This document shows, piece after piece, positions 47,674 through 58,115 of a stretch of 64,000 nt of DNA. Each line of letters begins with the position of its first letter. Within the stretch, counting starts at the first letter, position 1. The notes under the pieces were generated by a model. That model saw only the letters and a program-made list of their open reading frames with translations, searched no databases and was not told where the DNA came from. Both the position numbers and the translations under genes were made by a program. Source of the DNA: an uncultured delta proteobacterium (GTDB lineage: Bacteria > Desulfobacterota > Desulfomonilia > Desulfomonilales > Desulfomonilaceae); assembly GCA_963789265.1 (NCBI GenBank), contig CAWBKB010000005.1:64001-128000 (forward strand), written 5' to 3'.

Positions 47674-50600
47674 GTGTTTGGAAAAGTAATACAATTGAAG
47701 AAAAATGTCAGTTGGGCGAACAGAGGGGGCGAGCTTCCTTCTGAAATAACCGAGCAATTTAACTCGGAAATTCTGGATAGGGGCCTGCGCCTGGCCCACA
47801 GTTCGCGAATTTCGCACATTAACTTCGGAAGGGAATCTTATTTCGGCCTTGTAACTGATTCCTCGGGAAAAGGCGTGAACGTTCACATATCACTTCATCC
47901 TGAGTCCAAGATCCTAACCAGAGCCACTTGCGGTTGTTTCCGATCCTGTACGCGTACCTATTGCCACCACATAGTGTCTTTCGTCCGATATATTTTGAGA
48001 CCCGATCCGGAAACCGGCGGTTTGCGCACTCTTGGAGAGGACTTCAGAGATAGCTTTTGGCATGAGATTGGCTGGTTCGGCTACCGGAACTTCGGGGACT
48101 CCACACTCGGATTCAGGACCCAGGTGAATCATGGGGGCGAAGGACTCCGAGTAAGTTTCTTGGATCGCAATCAACATGAAATCTTGGCCTTCATGCCCGG
48201 CGAGCGATTAGTGGAGGAATTCCTTCATGAATTCTTTGACATAATTCGCCGCGATATTGACGCGAGTCTGTTCAGGCGGATGTACGGACGAAAACTCAAA
48301 GATCCCAATGTACCTTCCCTGCGCCGCCGCCCCTGGCAATATTCGGAGTCAGAGGAGGAGATCAACAGGAGGGGGGTCAAGTCGGTTCGCCAGAACCTCG
48401 AAGACAGCATTTGGCATCGCATCGCCAAGGTGGGTTTTCTCATCGCCGGCCGCAGCGGCGGGACCTTCAACTTCCGTTTTCTCGAGTATAAACAAGAATT
48501 GACAATCGAGGCCCTTGATGAAGAAGAAACTGTCATCCTGCGCCTAGTTCCGCCAAAGACTCTGATTGGGACGCTTATAGAAATGGGGCGGAACAAAGAC
48601 GTCATTGGTAACGATCTTCTGATACACTCCTCCCCTCTCAAGACCGGCTATCACCTGGACCTGACTGAATCATCGTTTTTAAATATAACCCCTGTTGTTG
48701 AGAATCCTGACCCGGACGCGGAGCCGCCAGAGGCTTACCTGGATCGCACCACCCTCGAGCAGCAACTATTCGGTAGGTACTATTTCTTTCCCGATTGGGG
48801 GTTTTTTCAGATTGCCGCGAATGGGGGCGGTCTGCCGGCCGATTATTTTTCGCCCCAGAAGAGAATCGCAATTCCCCCGGAAAAGGTCACCCAATTTCTG
48901 AAGGAATACCGCGATGTGTTGAGGTCCGATCCTGCGGTGCATATAGACAGCAGCCTCTTGGAGCACGAGGTGGTCGAAAACTATGAACTGGCCACGGTAG
49001 ATCACAAAGAGGTCAGTGACGATGGAGTCGAGCTGGAAATAAACTATGACTTCGGGTCGTTCCAGATACCTTTCCGGGACATTTTTGAGGCAAGACAAAA
49101 CAATAGACGCTTTGTGGTTAAAGGAGAAAAATGGCTCGACGTAATGTCTCCGGAATTTTCATGGATGGACGCGTTGCGCGACCGAGCTTCAGTCCGTGAT
49201 AACACTCTAACCATCGGACGGACTGACTATCTGCGATTGCTTGCCTTTCATGATCGCCTTGAAAAGCGCTTCTCCTCGGTTCGCCTGAAAGAATGGTTCC
49301 AAACGCTGGAAATGCTGCAACCGCCCGGACGCTTGCCGGCCATCAGAGCTATGAAAGGGAAGCTTAGAGGCTACCAGAAGAATGGCTACGGCTGGTTATG
49401 GTTCCTTTATCAGAATGGCTTTTCTGGACTCTTGTGCGATGACATGGGGCTCGGCAAGACGCATCAAGTAATGGCCCTTATGACGGGACTCGTGTGTCAT
49501 CTGGCGAAACGGGCTGAAAAGGTTCATTTCCTGGTAGTGTGTCCCACAACAGTGCTCAGCCACTGGAACGACAAGGTTGTAGAGTTTTGCCCCTTCCTAA
49601 ACCCTTACATTTATCATGGAACGGATCGCTCGTTTCGGGAGGGCTTCGACGAACACTTGCTAATAATCACTTCGTACGGCGTTTCCCTGCGCGACATAGA
49701 GATGCTTTCCGAGTACCGCTTCGATCTAATTGTTCTTGATGAAATCCAAGCAGTTAAGAACAAGAGTACCAAGACATACGCGGCCGTGAAGGCGCTTGAG
49801 TCCGCGTGCACACTAGGTCTTACAGGGACCCCTATTGAGAACAGCGTAACAGATCTGAAATCCCTGTTCGACATAATTCTTCCCGGCTATCTGATGTCAG
49901 ATTCTTTCTTTGAGGATCATTTTCGCTTCCCCATTGAGGAGGTTTCCGATGGGGCCACTAAAGACAAGCTCGCGCGCATGATTCAACCATTCACGCTGAG
50001 GCGCAAGAAGGAGCAGGTTCTTACCGAACTCCCCCCCAAAATCGAGGACGTCCGGCGTTGTACCATGAGCGAGGATCAGATTCGTCTTTACGAGGACGTG
50101 ATATGTAATCGGGGCCAAAACCTCGTGCAGACCTTGAAGGATCCTGATCAGAGAGTGCCATATATGCACATTTTTGCAGTTCTCAACTACCTGAAGCAGA
50201 TTTGCAATCACCCGGCATTGCTCGAAGGCGAGACAAAAGATTACAGCAAATACGCGTCGGGGAAATGGGATCTCTTCGTCGAACTCTTGGACGAGAGCCT
50301 CGGATCGGGTCAGAAGGTTGTGGTCTTCAGCCAGTACGTAAAAATGCTTGAACTCATCGAATCCTACCTGAGGGACCGCGGCATAAATTTCGCTACAATC
50401 AAAGGCCATACCAGGAACCGCTCTGAGCCGGTGAAACGTTTCAACAGCGACCCGGACTGCATGGTTTTCAGTGCGTCGCTCAGAGCTTCCGGTCTGGGAA
50501 TTGACCTAACCGGGGGTTCAGTAGTGATCCACTACGATCGATGGTGGAATTCCGCCCGGGAAGAACAGGCAACAGACAGGGTCCACAGGATCGGACAGAG

Positions 50601-50769
50601 AAGGGGGGTTCAGGTCTTCAAACTCATCACAGAAAATACCCTTGAAGAAAAGATCGACTTGATCATTTCGAAGAAAAAACGACTCATGGAGTCGGTGGTC
50701 AAGGAAGACGACAAATCCCTTCTCAAGCACTTTTCGCGACAAGAGCTGATCGAATTGATATCTTTTTGA
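47674..50769 (+). CDS. SNF2 family helicase/ATPase with N-terminal SWIM zinc finger
   Basis: CGC...CHH SWIM, LRGYQ, DDMGLGKT, DEIQ, TGTPIEN and QATDRVHRIGQ motifs. Confidence 0.95.
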   Translation: MFGKVIQLKKNVSWANRGGELPSEITEQFNSEILDRGLRLAHSSRISHINFGRESYFGLVTDSSGKGVNVHISLHPESKILTRATCGCFRSCTRTYCHHIVSFVRYILRPDPETGGLRTLGEDFRDSFWHEIGWFGYRNFGDSTLGFRTQVNHGGEGLRVSFLDRNQHEILAFMPGERLVEEFLHEFFDIIRRDIDASLFRRMYGRKLKDPNVPSLRRRPWQYSESEEEINRRGVKSVRQNLEDSIWHRIAKVGFLIAGRSGGTFNFRFLEYKQELTIEALDEEETVILRLVPPKTLIGTLIEMGRNKDVIGNDLLIHSSPLKTGYHLDLTESSFLNITPVVENPDPDAEPPEAYLDRTTLEQQLFGRYYFFPDWGFFQIAANGGGLPADYFSPQKRIAIPPEKVTQFLKEYRDVLRSDPAVHIDSSLLEHEVVENYELATVDHKEVSDDGVELEINYDFGSFQIPFRDIFEARQNNRRFVVKGEKWLDVMSPEFSWMDALRDRASVRDNTLTIGRTDYLRLLAFHDRLEKRFSSVRLKEWFQTLEMLQPPGRLPAIRAMKGKLRGYQKNGYGWLWFLYQNGFSGLLCDDMGLGKTHQVMALMTGLVCHLAKRAEKVHFLVVCPTTVLSHWNDKVVEFCPFLNPYIYHGTDRSFREGFDEHLLIITSYGVSLRDIEMLSEYRFDLIVLDEIQAVKNKSTKTYAAVKALESACTLGLTGTPIENSVTDLKSLFDIILPGYLMSDSFFEDHFRFPIEEVSDGATKDKLARMIQPFTLRRKKEQVLTELPPKIEDVRRCTMSEDQIRLYEDVICNRGQNLVQTLKDPDQRVPYMHIFAVLNYLKQICNHPALLEGETKDYSKYASGKWDLFVELLDESLGSGQKVVVFSQYVKMLELIESYLRDRGINFATIKGHTRNRSEPVKRFNSDPDCMVFSASLRASGLGIDLTGGSVVIHYDRWWNSAREEQATDRVHRIGQRRGVQVFKLITENTLEEKIDLIISKKKRLMESVVKEDDKSLLKHFSRQELIELISF

Positions 50770-50927
50770 ACGCGTTCGAGTGTGTTCTCCTCTGGTTGTC
50801 TGCTCAGGGTGAGGAATAATTTAAGACGGCCTTATCGTCCATCTTACCGGTTTTACCCAAACGACAGACTCACCCGTGGCTCCGCGCAGTGATTCGCCGA
50901 ACCCCAAGCCCGTTCGAGGGACTTGCA

Positions 50928-51689
50928 GTGAATATTACTATTTTGGGAAGTGGAACCGCCACCCCCAACCTTGAGCGCAATGCTTCAGGGCTGGCAGTAA
51001 GGGCAGCAAGCTTGTGTGTCCTGGTAGACATTGGGCCGGGCATTCTTCGCCGTCTGTGTGAAGCGCAAATCGACTCAAAATGGATCGATGCCATTCTCAT
51101 TACCCATTTTCATCCGGATCATGTTTCAGATCTGGTGCCTTTTTTATTCGCATCAAACTACGAGTACGGACAAACGCGCAAACAGATTTTTCATGTTGTT
51201 GGTCCGACAGGCCTGAAAGAATTCTACAATGCATTGGTCGGAATCTATGGCCACTGGATAGTTCCTACGGGAAACCGCCTACTTATCAGAGAGGTTGATC
51301 CGAGAGCCCCTGACGCTTTTCGACTGGAGGAAATTACTGTTCACTCGGCCCCTTCTGCCCATTCCTTCCCGAGTGTGTCGTACAGGGTCGAGGCGGACGG
51401 TGTTTCCGTCACCGTATCAGGTGACACGGATGTTTCCGACGAACTGGTGACATTAGCCGAAGGCACGGAAATACTCGTGTGTGAATGCTCTTTCCCTGAT
51501 GACATGAAGGTCGCCGGACATCTTACGCCATCTGAGGCCGGCAGCATAGCTGCTCGAGCTCGAGCGAAAAAACTGGTGCTCACGCATTTTTATCCCCCCT
51601 GCGACGAAGTCGATGTGGTCAAACAGGCCGCCAAAGTTTTTAAGGGAGAGGTCATCAAGGCCAAAGACCTCATGGTCCTCGAGGTGTAG
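50928..51689 (+). CDS. MBL-fold metallo-hydrolase (RNase Z/BN-like)
   Basis: ILGSG, DIGPG, THFHPDH, SGDT and LVLTHFYP motifs. Confidence 0.88.
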   Translation: MNITILGSGTATPNLERNASGLAVRAASLCVLVDIGPGILRRLCEAQIDSKWIDAILITHFHPDHVSDLVPFLFASNYEYGQTRKQIFHVVGPTGLKEFYNALVGIYGHWIVPTGNRLLIREVDPRAPDAFRLEEITVHSAPSAHSFPSVSYRVEADGVSVTVSGDTDVSDELVTLAEGTEILVCECSFPDDMKVAGHLTPSEAGSIAARARAKKLVLTHFYPPCDEVDVVKQAAKVFKGEVIKAKDLMVLEV

Positions 51690-51947
51690 CCGTTCAATGC
51701 CGTACAAGCCTCACTGGCCGGGGCAAACGCCACTCTTATTGATTCAGGGAAGATTCCGTCATTCACGCCACGAACGTGATCGTCAGCTTGATGAATCCCG
51801 GACCTGAAATCTCGGGAGACGCATTAGCTCAACAGCGTTGATGCGGGCGTCGCTCAATCCCAATTTCTGGAAGTAAAGACATTTTTGACCCGCTGCATTA
51901 TAATGGCTTCCTGAGAACGATACGAGGGGTCAACTGTTAGGGTAATC

Positions 51948-54764
51948 ATGATTGGCAAAGGGCTTGTCGGTAAATTGTTTTTCTCGATCTTCTTTCTAAT
52001 TCCATTAGTAATGGTTCTCGAAGTTCCTGTGTTCATGGCCGGTGCAACGCTCGGCACTTATATGGTTTTTTCGCGTAATCTGCCGGAAATTCCAAAATTG
52101 GCCGCGTACCAGCCCAGGACGGTATCGACATTTTATGCCGACGACGGCACGGTAATCGGGACTTTTTTTAAGGAGAAGCGGTTCGTCGTCGATCTTGCTC
52201 AAATACCCCCTCATGTTATTAACGCGTTTCTCGCCTCGGAAGATGCCAGATTCTTTGAGCATTCCGGTGTCGACTGGCTCGGCCTCGTGCGGGCCACGGT
52301 CCGTAACCTGAAGGCCGGCAGGATAACGCAAGGCGGCAGCACTATAACTATGCAAGTGACTCGAAACTTTCTTCTCACCCGAGAAAGGAGGTTCTCACGT
52401 AAAATTAGGGAGATAATCCTTGCTTTGCAGTTGGAGAAAGTTTGGGGCAAGAAAAAGATTCTTTACGTTTATCTCAACGAAATTTATCTGGGCGAGGGCT
52501 CTTATGGTGTGGAAGCGGCGGCCCGAACTTACTTCGGCAAACCGGTGGAACATCTGACTATAGCGGAGGCCGCGCTGATCGCCGGATTGGTGGCCGGCCC
52601 GGCTCGTTTCAACCCCTTCAAGAACGAGGCACTCGCCCGGCAAAAGCAGGCGACAGTGTTGGGACGTATGCTTCGAGCAGGGTTCATCACGGAAGATCAG
52701 TACCAGAAGGCCAAGGCTGAACCGCTCCATTTCAATAGAGAAGTGACCAAGCCGTTTGATTTGGTTCCCGACTTTACGGAAGCTGTACGGCGCTACATCA
52801 TAAGCAAGTACGGCGAACACAAGCTTTATAACGAGGGACTAAAAGTTTTCACCACATGCCGGATCGATTATCAGCGCAATGCCCTGCAAGCAATGGAGAA
52901 GGGGCTGGCTGAGGTTAGAAGTCGTCAAAAGCACTTGGCCATTCTGAGAAGCGTCCCCACAAATGAGATTTCCGACCTGCTTCAAAAGCGGAAGACCCCC
53001 GAGCTGCAGGAAGGCAAAATCTATCAGGGCGTTGTTTTGAAGGTGTTGGGGCGAAAGGGCAAGCAAACAAATCTTTACGTTGCGTTGAGCAAACGCTTGA
53101 AGGGGATCGTGCGTGTTAACGAGCCTAACCCGGTATACAGGGTCGGCAATGTGTTGGCGCTAAGATTCGCGGGGTTCGTCGACAAAAGGCCCCTCTTTAA
53201 TCCGGATAATAACCCGAAGCTCCAAGGGGCTCTCGTTTGCATAGAAAACCGGACCGGCTACGTCCGCGCGCTGGTTGGGGGAGCCACAGGACAGGCCTTT
53301 CAATTCAATAGGGCGACACAGGCAAGACGCCAACCGGGCAGCGCATTCAAACCCGTCATTTATTCGGCAGCTATTGAGGATAAGAGCTACAGCCCGGCAA
53401 CAATAATTGTGGACGAACCGATAGTTGTGGATTTCGAAGTAGAGGGTGAGGAATGGGAACCGAGAAACGCCGGAGGCCGCTTCCTGGGACCGCTCAGCCT
53501 GCGCCGCGCCTTGGAACTCTCGCGCAATATTTGCACGATAAAACTCTTAATGGATGTGGGTTTCGATCCTGTCATAAACATGGCCAGACGCATGGGAATT
53601 ACTGCGCACCTGGGTCGAAATCTGTCTCTGAGTCTGGGAACTTCAGAGTTGAGCCTCTATGAGCTCACGTCAGCCTACACGGTGTTCCCAAACAGCGGAG
53701 TTCATGTTGAGCCGGTCCTGGTAAAACGCATAGAGGATCGGTATGGAAATGTGCTCGAAGACAACACTGAGATCCCGTTGCTCAAGGAGTCCGAGATTCC
53801 TCACCCGGTTCCCCGGGAAGAATTCAGGACCGTTCCCATAGCGCATACAGGACCGCAGCGTTATCAGGAAGACGAGAATCAAACGATCGCGGCTGAGCAT
53901 TCCCCTGGCTACCCGTCACAACAATCAAATACCGGGCCCAATCAGACGGCCTCGCAGACGCCATCCTCAGAGACAGGGCCTTCAACGCTTCGCCCAAGAC
54001 GGGTCAGCGCAGCCATGTCTCCGCAAACTGCATATATTATGACTTCGCTTCTTCAAGGAGGGGTAAGGGAAGGGACCGGCGCCCGTATGGTGCAATATGT
54101 AAAACGTAGGGATCTGGCGGGCAAGACCGGCACTACGAACAACGCCGAAGATACATGGTTTATGGGATTCAGTCCTGACTTCACTACCGGCGTTTGGGTA
54201 GGATTCGATGAAAAGAGACCGCTGGGAAGCAGAGAGGAGGGGGCCCGTGCCGCCCTGCCCGTCTGGGGGTACTTTATGAGAGGAGTACTGGGAAATACAC
54301 CTCAGAAAGAGTTTCCCGTGCCGCCGGACATAACCTTCAAAGACATGATCACCTTCACTGGCAACCCGAAGGAAGGATTCTCTCCGAAGATGGTGCGGGA
54401 GCCCGTCTACACACCCTTTGTAGGCAAGACACTTGTTTTGTGCCCGCTTGACACGCCGGAATCTCTGGCCGTGTACCGGGTGGCTCTTCCCGGCTTACCG
54501 GCCGCTCCGCCCGAATACGACTATCAACCAGCCGGCCAACCCCAACTTCAGCCCGCGCCGCCGCCGTTGCAGCCGGGGACTATGCCGCCCGCACATCCTA
54601 TGGACGGTAGGAACCTGTTTCCGCAACAGGCACCACCAGTGCAAAATCCGTCTCCGGATCGACCGGCCGGAGAGGTGGGCGCGGCCCTTGCTCCCCGAGC
54701 CGAATACCTTTCAGATCAGGAAACTCCGGTTCGCCCATCAATGGGCAATCCCCGCCGCGCCTAG
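51948..54764 (+). CDS. mrcA: Class A penicillin-binding protein (PBP1A family); Pro-rich tail may extend to 54885
   Basis: EDARFFEH, QGGSTITMQ, RKIRE (transglycosylase); QPGSAFKP, SRN and GKTGT (transpeptidase). Confidence 0.93.
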   Translation: MIGKGLVGKLFFSIFFLIPLVMVLEVPVFMAGATLGTYMVFSRNLPEIPKLAAYQPRTVSTFYADDGTVIGTFFKEKRFVVDLAQIPPHVINAFLASEDARFFEHSGVDWLGLVRATVRNLKAGRITQGGSTITMQVTRNFLLTRERRFSRKIREIILALQLEKVWGKKKILYVYLNEIYLGEGSYGVEAAARTYFGKPVEHLTIAEAALIAGLVAGPARFNPFKNEALARQKQATVLGRMLRAGFITEDQYQKAKAEPLHFNREVTKPFDLVPDFTEAVRRYIISKYGEHKLYNEGLKVFTTCRIDYQRNALQAMEKGLAEVRSRQKHLAILRSVPTNEISDLLQKRKTPELQEGKIYQGVVLKVLGRKGKQTNLYVALSKRLKGIVRVNEPNPVYRVGNVLALRFAGFVDKRPLFNPDNNPKLQGALVCIENRTGYVRALVGGATGQAFQFNRATQARRQPGSAFKPVIYSAAIEDKSYSPATIIVDEPIVVDFEVEGEEWEPRNAGGRFLGPLSLRRALELSRNICTIKLLMDVGFDPVINMARRMGITAHLGRNLSLSLGTSELSLYELTSAYTVFPNSGVHVEPVLVKRIEDRYGNVLEDNTEIPLLKESEIPHPVPREEFRTVPIAHTGPQRYQEDENQTIAAEHSPGYPSQQSNTGPNQTASQTPSSETGPSTLRPRRVSAAMSPQTAYIMTSLLQGGVREGTGARMVQYVKRRDLAGKTGTTNNAEDTWFMGFSPDFTTGVWVGFDEKRPLGSREEGARAALPVWGYFMRGVLGNTPQKEFPVPPDITFKDMITFTGNPKEGFSPKMVREPVYTPFVGKTLVLCPLDTPESLAVYRVALPGLPAAPPEYDYQPAGQPQLQPAPPPLQPGTMPPAHPMDGRNLFPQQAPPVQNPSPDRPAGEVGAALAPRAEYLSDQETPVRPSMGNPRRA

Positions 54765-55067
54765 TGCTGGATCGAATCGAGCTTCAGGACAGATCATAGA
54801 CCCACGGCGAGGCATTGGGCCGCCTCAGCAGCCCAATGCGAACCCATATTTTCATCAAGCCCCTTCGACGCAGGGCTTTCAATGAAATATGAATAGAGAT
54901 GTCAGAAGTTGTGATCGTAAGAACCCTGGTTCAGTTGCATATAATGTGTCCTCCTGGTCCCTTCCTCGACGGAAGAAGCGAAGGGTAGGCGAATCGGGAC
55001 ATAGATTTTTGCACTCGGTTCAAATGCTTTACCCGCATCTTCCGGCATATCCAAAGGAGAAGCATAG

Positions 55068-56090
55068 GTGCGTGTGGCTGTAGCCATGAGCGGCGGAGCG
55101 GACAGCTCGACCGTGGCGCTCCTTCTCAAGAGGAAGGGGTTTGACGTCATAGGGCTGCACATGCGCCTGCATGAGCAATCCGACACTACCTGGGCATCGG
55201 CGCAAATAGTCGCGGAGGAGATCCGTGTCCCTCTCCACTTGGTAGATCTTTCTCCGGAATTCCACGAACTTGTGATAAGACCTTTTGTGGCCGCCTATTC
55301 CGAGGGCCTTACTCCGTCGCCCTGCCCGATTTGCAATCGATTCATCAAGTTTGGTTTCCTGCTCGATCAAGCACGAGCTTTGGGTTGTGAGAAGATCGCG
55401 ACAGGGCACTATGCTCGCATCACAAGGATTTCTGACAACCCCGCGCTCTATGCAGGGAAGGACAAGAGTAAAGATCAGTCATATTTCTTGTTCATGCTGA
55501 CGAGGGATATACTAAGAAATGCGATCTTTCCGCTGGGAGATTTCACGAAGGCTCAGGTGAGAGAATTCCTGAAAAGAGCCGGCTTGTCCATTTGGGAATC
55601 GGAGGAATCTCAAGAACTCTGCTTCATATCCAAGGGCGATTATCGAGCCTTTCTTTCGTCCCACGGCATAGAACCCTGTTCGGGGAACATAGTAGATATG
55701 CAAGGAAAGGTTCTAGGAAAGCACAGAGGAATAACAGGTTACACCGTTGGACAACGAAGGGGGCTGGGGATTTGCGGACCCAGGCCACATTACGTGATTC
55801 GAATCGATCCGAGAACACAGACTGTTGTGGTGGGAACAAGAGAAGAGACTTATGTACGATCTTTTCAACTGGGAGGGATGAATTTGCTAAGGTCTTCTCC
55901 TCTGTCTGCGGGTGAAAGATTCCGGGTGAAGGTCCGTTCGACCGCAAAGGCTGTGCTCTCGACCGTGGTCAGCATTTTCGGAGATGCTGCGGAACTCGAG
56001 TTTGACGAGCCCCAGTCAGGAATCGCTTCCGGCCAGGCCGCGGTCTTCTATTCAGAAGATAGAGTGGTGGGAGGAGGATGGATAAAATAG
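55068..56090 (+). CDS. mnmA: tRNA 2-thiouridylase
   Basis: SGGADSS, PCPICNRFIKF, ATGHYA, KDQSYFL, ESQELCF, YTVGQRRG and GGGWI motifs. Confidence 0.95.
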   Translation: MRVAVAMSGGADSSTVALLLKRKGFDVIGLHMRLHEQSDTTWASAQIVAEEIRVPLHLVDLSPEFHELVIRPFVAAYSEGLTPSPCPICNRFIKFGFLLDQARALGCEKIATGHYARITRISDNPALYAGKDKSKDQSYFLFMLTRDILRNAIFPLGDFTKAQVREFLKRAGLSIWESEESQELCFISKGDYRAFLSSHGIEPCSGNIVDMQGKVLGKHRGITGYTVGQRRGLGICGPRPHYVIRIDPRTQTVVVGTREETYVRSFQLGGMNLLRSSPLSAGERFRVKVRSTAKAVLSTVVSIFGDAAELEFDEPQSGIASGQAAVFYSEDRVVGGGWIK

Positions 56091-56268
56091 ACCGCTTGGA
56101 GCGACCGCATGGAAGATTTGAACTTTGAACCGCTGCATCATACACGGTCTCTCCAAGACCAAACTAGGACGACACTTTGATGCCATATTGCCTTCCAACG
56201 GGTAACAAAAAATCGGCGTGGCCCATTGAAGACATTAGCACCGGCCTGCTGGTCGAGAGGGATTATTA

Positions 56269-57138
56269 ATGGCGAAAGCTCTGCACGAGCCGCTTCTTGA
56301 ACAAAAAGAGCATCGACTAAGGGAAACGATCCGGAAAATCGTTGCGGCCGCCGGTGGAGGGCGAGTGTTCATCGGCTTTTCCGGCGGTCTGGATTCAAGT
56401 CTGCTACTATGGGAGAGCGTCCAAGCGCTTGGGCAGGACAGGATCACGGCCGTAACCGCAACCTCTCCCACCTCCATACCGGAAGAAGAGGAATCAGCCC
56501 GAAGATTCGCGTCGGACCTTCACGTGAGACATCTCGTGGTCCCCACGAACGAATGTGACGATTCGGCATTTATGAGCAATCCGGCGGATCGCTGCTACCA
56601 TTGCAAGCATATCCGCTTCACCTTGATGAAGGAGTTATCCGAACAGATTCCGGGTTCGGTTGTATTCGACGGCACCCAAAGCGATGATTCACCCAGAGAT
56701 CGTCCCGGCATTCGAGCCTTGACGGAACTGGGCATATTAAGTCCACTGGCTCAGGCGGAAATCGGCAAAAAGGAAGTGAGGGGCCTGCTGAGAAAAGCGG
56801 GTTTTTCCCGCCTTGCGGAAAAAAGCGCGCAACCCTGTCTCGCTACCCGCATTCCCACGGGGAATGCCATTACCTTGGAAGCCCTCGAGACCATTCGTCA
56901 GGGCGAGTCCTTTCTGAAAAAGTGCGGTTTGGCGACAGTTCGATTACGGCACCACCAAGGTTTGGCACGAATCGTCACAGACAGCACCGGCCTCCGTATG
57001 ATTATTACGACAGATGAGCTGAGGCGGCAAATATTGGAGAAGCTCAAAAGTCTGGGATATGGCCATGTGACTCTTGACTTGGAAGAGTACGGGAAAATTG
57101 AGGTCTCCTCTAGTTCCGGCAATCATCTCTATGCTTGA
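56269..57138 (+). CDS. larE: LarE-like ATP-dependent sulfur transferase
   Basis: SGGLDSS PP-loop, NPADRCYHCK, DRPG, PCLATRIP and VRLRHH motifs. Confidence 0.88.
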   Translation: MAKALHEPLLEQKEHRLRETIRKIVAAAGGGRVFIGFSGGLDSSLLLWESVQALGQDRITAVTATSPTSIPEEEESARRFASDLHVRHLVVPTNECDDSAFMSNPADRCYHCKHIRFTLMKELSEQIPGSVVFDGTQSDDSPRDRPGIRALTELGILSPLAQAEIGKKEVRGLLRKAGFSRLAEKSAQPCLATRIPTGNAITLEALETIRQGESFLKKCGLATVRLRHHQGLARIVTDSTGLRMIITTDELRRQILEKLKSLGYGHVTLDLEEYGKIEVSSSSGNHLYA

Positions 57139-57192
57139 TCTGAACTCGGCAGGGAGGTTACAATAAAATTCGGCTGGAAGGGATAAGGAAAG

Positions 57193-58089
57193 ATGTTTGA
57201 TGACGGCCGATCACGGTCGAAAGTAAATTGGCATGAGATACCCACACTCAAAGCCCCTATCTTGGTGGCGGGCTTCCGAGGATGGGCCGATGCCGCAAGT
57301 GTTTCCAGCGACACCCTCCAGTTCTTGATGGACATGCTCAAGCCGCAAACGGCAGCAACTATTAGCGATGAGCCCTTTGTTCATTATACGACAGACCGCC
57401 CCATCGCGCAGGTAGAAAACGGGATTATTCATGAATTGGAGACGATGATTACCGAACTTTTCTACTGGATCAATGTCGACGGGGACCACGATCTACTCTT
57501 GTTGCTCGCACGAGAACCCAATTTAAACTGGCTCACCTATGCTGATGGCGTTGTGGATATTATCCGGAGGTTTAACATATTTAGACTTTATACCGTCGGA
57601 GGAGTTCAGGACACAATTTCGCATTCCGGTCCGGTAGCTGTATCGGTGGTCGGTTCCAGCCCCTCTGTGGTGACAGAAGTTGTCGCGCTCGAACAAGGAA
57701 TTCGTGCCGCCGAATACTACGGACCGGTGAGTATCCATTCCTATTTGATACGGGCATGTGCGGAAGCGGCAATGGAAGCGGTCAGCCTGTGGGGTCATGT
57801 TCCTGCCTACCTTCAGAAGAGTCCTAGAGTGGTAGCCAAGATAGTGTCCATCCTGAATAAGGCCGTAGGCATGAACTGTTCCATAGAAATATTGAAGCAA
57901 AAATCTCTTGAACTGGACCGCAAAATAAATGAGGCTCTCGCCAAAGACCCCGACCTGAAACATCTGGTAGAGCACATGGAGGAGAACAACTACACCGGCG
58001 CTTCACTGGAGGGGGATGACAAAGTGATCAGCATGAACGATTTCTTGCGAAGGGACCCTCGAAAGGCTCCTGAACCGCAAGGGGGATGA
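57193..58089 (+). CDS. PAC2 family (proteasome assembly chaperone-like) protein
   Basis: GFRGWADAA, RP, EPNLNW, YYGP, SLWGHVPAYL and C-terminal coiled coil. Confidence 0.8.
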   Translation: MFDDGRSRSKVNWHEIPTLKAPILVAGFRGWADAASVSSDTLQFLMDMLKPQTAATISDEPFVHYTTDRPIAQVENGIIHELETMITELFYWINVDGDHDLLLLLAREPNLNWLTYADGVVDIIRRFNIFRLYTVGGVQDTISHSGPVAVSVVGSSPSVVTEVVALEQGIRAAEYYGPVSIHSYLIRACAEAAMEAVSLWGHVPAYLQKSPRVVAKIVSILNKAVGMNCSIEILKQKSLELDRKINEALAKDPDLKHLVEHMEENNYTGASLEGDDKVISMNDFLRRDPRKAPEPQGG

Positions 58090-58115
58090 CTCTTTCAAGA
58101 CAAGTGTAAAGGCCC

